A stretch of DNA of 11,125 bases, taken from positions 1 to 11,125 of the forward strand of contig JBGSVZ010000128.1 in NCBI GenBank assembly GCA_041752695.1, given 5' to 3'. Below the pieces are notes generated by a model. The model saw only the letters and a list, made by a program, of their open reading frames with translations. It was not told the DNA's origin and did not search any database. Positions 8,585 to 11,125 of the stretch are shown here, piece after piece. The number at the start of each line of letters is the position of its first letter. Within the stretch, counting starts at the first letter, position 1. Source of the DNA: Terrimicrobiaceae bacterium (GTDB lineage: Bacteria > Verrucomicrobiota > Verrucomicrobiia > Chthoniobacterales > Terrimicrobiaceae). The position numbers and the translations under genes are program-made.

Positions 8585-9033
8585 TGGAGGGTTTCAGGTT
8601 GCCGATAAAATCGCCCTCCGGGCTTTGCTACGCAAAGGCTATCTACGCTTGCGCTCCGATTCTCGGAACCCACACTTCCCTGGAGGGTGCCGGGCCCTCG
8701 GCACCCCCTCCCCAAATGGAGGGTTCCAGGTTGCCGATAAGGAATCGCCCTCCGGGCTTTGCCGCACAAAGGCTATCTTCGCGCCCGCTCCGATTCTCGA
8801 AACCCAACCTGGAGGGTGCCGGGCCCTCGGAACCCCCTACCCAAATGGAGAGTTCCAGGTTGCCGATCAAGGATCGCCCTTCGGGCTTTGCGCAAAGGCT
8901 ATCTACGCGTGCGCTCCGATTCTCGAAACCTACTACCCAAATGGAGGGTTCCAGGTTGCCACTCTCGCCGCCCGGCGAATAGCGCCCCCTGGGCTGCGCT
9001 CCGCGCAGGCTACCCCGAGGGCCCCCGCCCTCC
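8585..9033 (+). repeat. Array 2 of the same GGAG-tagged repeat family: B-A-B-A-B plus a divergent B-like copy
   Basis: B at 8585-8671, 8717-8805 and 8846-8931. A at 8681-8706 and 8810-8835. A divergent copy runs from 8942 and ends in CCCTCC (9028-9033), complementary to its GGAGGG start. Confidence 0.9.
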
Positions 9034-9037
9034 GGTG

Positions 9038-9062
9038 TTCCAACTTCCAACTTCCAACTTCC
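9038..9062 (+). repeat. Heptamer tandem repeat (TTCCAAC)3 plus TTCC
   Basis: Read directly: TTCCAAC at 9038, 9045 and 9052. Confidence 0.85.
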
Positions 9063-9253
9063 CAAAAAATGCCGTTCTTTGGGAGGTGCTGCATGCCCCA
9101 CGGTGAACAGCCTCATTTCTCACGCGCTGATGGTCCGGGGAAAAGTTTTCTCACCTGACCAAGGGCGGCAGCTTGCCCCCTCCACCAGTCCAAACTCCGC
9201 CCTGGAGCCACACCCCCGCGAAGCGCCATCGTTCACAGGGAAAGTCGAATGTG

Positions 9254-9510
9254 AAAACCAGCGCGAAAGCGCGCAAACTAAATGGTAAACTCGAACGTTC
9301 GGTGCGGGAGCACAACCCGGGAGGCACCCAGGCGGCAAGGGAGGCCGCTCGGGAGACTTACGAAGGAAGCCCAATAGGGCGAGACGAGCGGGAGCGAGCG
9401 AGTCAACTGACACCGGAGCATCCGCTGGACTACGAATCCAGCGGCCAAAACCCACGCGCCAGCGCTATCGAGCAATGGGCAACTGGAACGTTTGGTGCGG
9501 GGGCACAACC
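9254..9510 (+). repeat. Degenerate direct repeat with 193-bp period and an attC-right-end-like core
   Basis: 9281-9317 and 9474-9510 match at 32/37 positions without gaps. The same offset holds upstream (AAAACC at 9254/9447, CGCGnnAGCGC at 9262/9455). Confidence 0.75.
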
Positions 9511-9531
9511 GGAGCAAAGCGGAGAATCGCC

Positions 9532-10932
9532 TTAGGAGTCCAACGGACTAATGGCCACACTTCCAGGGCGCCCGAGGACGTGGGTATAAATCATCGTCGT
9601 GCTCACATCCGTATGACCGAGCAACTCCTGCACGGTGCGAATATCAGCGCCCCCCTCCAGCAAATGCGTAGCAAACGAATGCCGCAAAGTGTGCGGGGTC
9701 ACCGGCTTGGTGAGGCCGGCCCTCAACGCCGAGCGCTTCACTAATTGCTGAATTCCATTCTCACTCAAATGATGACGCCGGAATTTCTGCGTCCAGGGAT
9801 CCTCCGACAGCTCACTGGCCGGAAAGAGCCAATACCAGTTCCATTCCGTCGCCGCATTGGGATATTTCACCGTTAGAGCTTCGGGCAAAAACACTCCCTC
9901 AACACCCAACTCCCGATCCTTTTCCCAACGCTCCCGCGCGAGCACGAGCTGCCGCCTGAGCCCTTTCACCGTCACCTTGGGGAGCGGAACCCGGCGATCC
10001 TTGTCACCCTTTCCGCCCCGCACGACAAGGTAGCCATTGCCAAAATCCACGTCCTTAACCCGGAGGCGAACACATTCCAAAACCCGGAGCCCCGAACCAT
10101 ACAACAACTCCGCCATCAGGCGCCCCGTCCCCTCCATACCTGCCAGCAGACTCTCCACCTCCTCCCGTGTCAGCACCGTGGGCAGCCGCTGCCGGCGTGC
10201 CGGTCGTTTCAAACCGCCCGGACCTCCGGCCTTCTTCTTCAGCACCGCGGCAAACAAAAACTGCAGCGCGCTCATCGCTTGGTTCAACGTGGAGGCAGAA
10301 ACCCTGCGTGCCACCGTCAGATAATCGAGATACTCCTTCGCGTGCTCCCAGACGAGTTCCCTCCTTGAACCCGGTCTCGTGAAAACTACGAACCGCTGCA
10401 CCCAATCCAAATAGGTCTTCTCCGTCCGATACGAATACCGCTCCAGCCGCAAGGCTTCCTGAACCTGATCCAAAAAACCCGCATACTTCGGCGGGCAGTC
10501 GCCGGTATCCGAACGTCCCTCAAACCGCCCCGCATCCTCCAAAGGACGCCGCCCAATGTCGCCCGCACCGTCCATCATCAGATCCACCGGCTCAAAGCTT
10601 ACCAGACCTTCCGGCCACTCCCCCGCCCACCCGCGAGGCTCCACCTCCTGAAACATAATGCGCAAGGCCTCCTCCGCTTGATGAACTTGCCAGCCCTTCC
10701 TTCCGGTAGCGCCAAGATGACCCAAGTAGGACCGCACATCCTCCAAATCACCCTCCTCAAACTTCCGCGGCTTGATAAATTTGATCCACCCGAGAACCCA
10801 AATTCGATAAAATTCCTGATGCTCTTTCTCCACCCCATCCTGCTTCAAAGCCAATCGGAATCGCACCCACCGATCTTCCCAAATGGCTGCCACTCTGGGA
10901 CTTACAGAAACTTTTCGGCTGTCAGCGTTCAT
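9532..10932 (-). CDS. intI: Integron integrase (tyrosine recombinase), long form with two N-terminal SAM-like domains
   Basis: Catalytic R (GSGLRVLE), K (GKGDKDR), HTLRHSFATHLL, LLGH and Y (MIYTHV) are present, plus the integron-specific insertion LPEALTVKYPNA..EW.WYWLFP..LSEDP....RRHH. The start is uncertain: ATGs at 10932, 10947, 10950 and 10971. Confidence 0.95.
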   Translation of the reverse strand: MNADSRKVSVSPRVAAIWEDRWVRFRLALKQDGVEKEHQEFYRIWVLGWIKFIKPRKFEEGDLEDVRSYLGHLGATGRKGWQVHQAEEALRIMFQEVEPRGWAGEWPEGLVSFEPVDLMMDGAGDIGRRPLEDAGRFEGRSDTGDCPPKYAGFLDQVQEALRLERYSYRTEKTYLDWVQRFVVFTRPGSRRELVWEHAKEYLDYLTVARRVSASTLNQAMSALQFLFAAVLKKKAGGPGGLKRPARRQRLPTVLTREEVESLLAGMEGTGRLMAELLYGSGLRVLECVRLRVKDVDFGNGYLVVRGGKGDKDRRVPLPKVTVKGLRRQLVLARERWEKDRELGVEGVFLPEALTVKYPNAATEWNWYWLFPASELSEDPWTQKFRRHHLSENGIQQLVKRSALRAGLTKPVTPHTLRHSFATHLLEGGADIRTVQELLGHTDVSTTMIYTHVLGRPGSVAISPLDS

Positions 10933-10969
10933 AGGATAGCATGACATCATGTTTTCCCAATAATTCAAC

Positions 10970-10993
10970 ATATAACGCTAAAATACGTTCGCG
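10970..10993 (+). other. Putative attI recombination site, crossover G/TT at 10987/10988
   Basis: AT-rich stretch just 5' of intI. CGCTAAAATAC-GTT resembles attI1 CCCTAAAACAAA-GTT (one nt shorter). An ATG follows 13 nt after the G, as is typical of a first cassette. The R box GTTCGCG keeps only the invariant GTT. Confidence 0.65.
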
Positions 10994-10999
10994 GATAAT

Positions 11000-11125
11000 A
11001 TGAAGACCGCTGTCATAGGAGTTCTCCTGCTTCTCTTTGTTGGTTGCAGTGCGACTCAAGACCAGAAGAAAGAAGTGTTTCAGCCACTGCCAAGCTCGCT
11101 CGATTCGGACGTCGAGACGGCGTCC
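11000..11125 (+). CDS. Putative first gene-cassette ORF: predicted lipoprotein, 3'-truncated
   Basis: Translated by hand: MKTAVIGVLLLLFVGCSATQDQKKEVFQPLPSSLDSDVETAS. It has a charged N-terminus, a hydrophobic core and lipobox FVG/C at residue 16. It is divergent from intI and lower in GC. Confidence 0.7.
   Translation, partial: MKTAVIGVLLLLFVGCSATQDQKKEVFQPLPSSLDSDVETAS

Larger units (their letters stand above)
9532..11125. mobile_element. Integron platform (intI + attI + start of cassette array), probably chromosomal
   Basis: Canonical divergent arrangement of intI, attI and first cassette. No transposase in the window. The cassette's attC lies beyond the edge. Confidence 0.8.

Noticed and set aside
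5735..8931. GGAG repeats as attC sites making the synthetase a cassette
   Set aside because: They lack the RYYYAAC...GTT terminal boxes in the correct order and instead show REP-like tag-plus-hairpin geometry.
5735..9033. CRISPR array interpretation of the GGAG repeats
   Set aside because: The sequences between the conserved ends are themselves repeated, unit lengths alternate, there are no unique spacers and no cas genes are present.
9060..9084. Intrinsic terminator
   Set aside because: The hairpin is AT-rich with a large loop and has no U-tract on either side.
2738..9158. Long shadow ORFs (2738-4591 +, 4350-5954 -, 7021-8070 -, 7869-9158 +, 7601-8608 +; also 1782-2711 +)
   Set aside because: They are antisense or frame-shifted shadows of well-supported genes in GC-rich DNA, with low-complexity translations and no motifs.
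9281..9510. CRISPR mini-array from the two 37-nt repeats
   Set aside because: Only two copies, a 156-nt gap, five mismatches, and similarity extends into the supposed spacer.
9302..9530. Group II intron 5' end (GTGCG)
   Set aside because: No domain V/VI and no reverse transcriptase ORF. The pentamer alone is not evidence.
9173..9535. 120-aa ORF with NGKLER, resembling the IS481/IS3 NGKVER motif
   Set aside because: No DDE context, the second repeat copy is in another frame, and the motif arises from the DNA repeat. A transposase remnant is not supported.
10950..10970. LexA box (TGTT...AACA)
   Set aside because: The spacing (21 bp overall) does not fit the 14-bp TGTTC-N4-GAACA or 16-bp CTGT-N8-ACAG motifs.

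Overview
GC-rich bacterial chromosomal window. A Verrucomicrobia/PVC-like origin is a guess from gene and repeat style only. Left part (1-4516): surface-glycan genes, namely a 5'-truncated GT4 glycosyltransferase and an RmlC-like cupin on +, converging on rfbA/rmlA and a GT-C-type polytopic membrane protein on -. Middle: an M29-family aminopeptidase-like gene, a small membrane protein and an acyl-CoA synthetase. These are interspersed with two arrays of a modular, covarying, GGAG-tagged palindromic repeat (5735-6042, 8585-9033) and a separate, interleaved GTAG-type REP cluster (6109-6213). Right end: the start of an integron, with an unusually long IntI (duplicated N-terminal SAM-like domain) on -, a putative attI (GTT at 10987) and a first cassette encoding a lipoprotein, cut by the window edge. 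Directly 3' of intI is a 193-bp-period degenerate repeat whose conserved core resembles attC right ends. The most unusual observations are the long IntI with attC-like relics on the side opposite attI, and repeat arrays in which every unit start is spaced by a multiple of 3.
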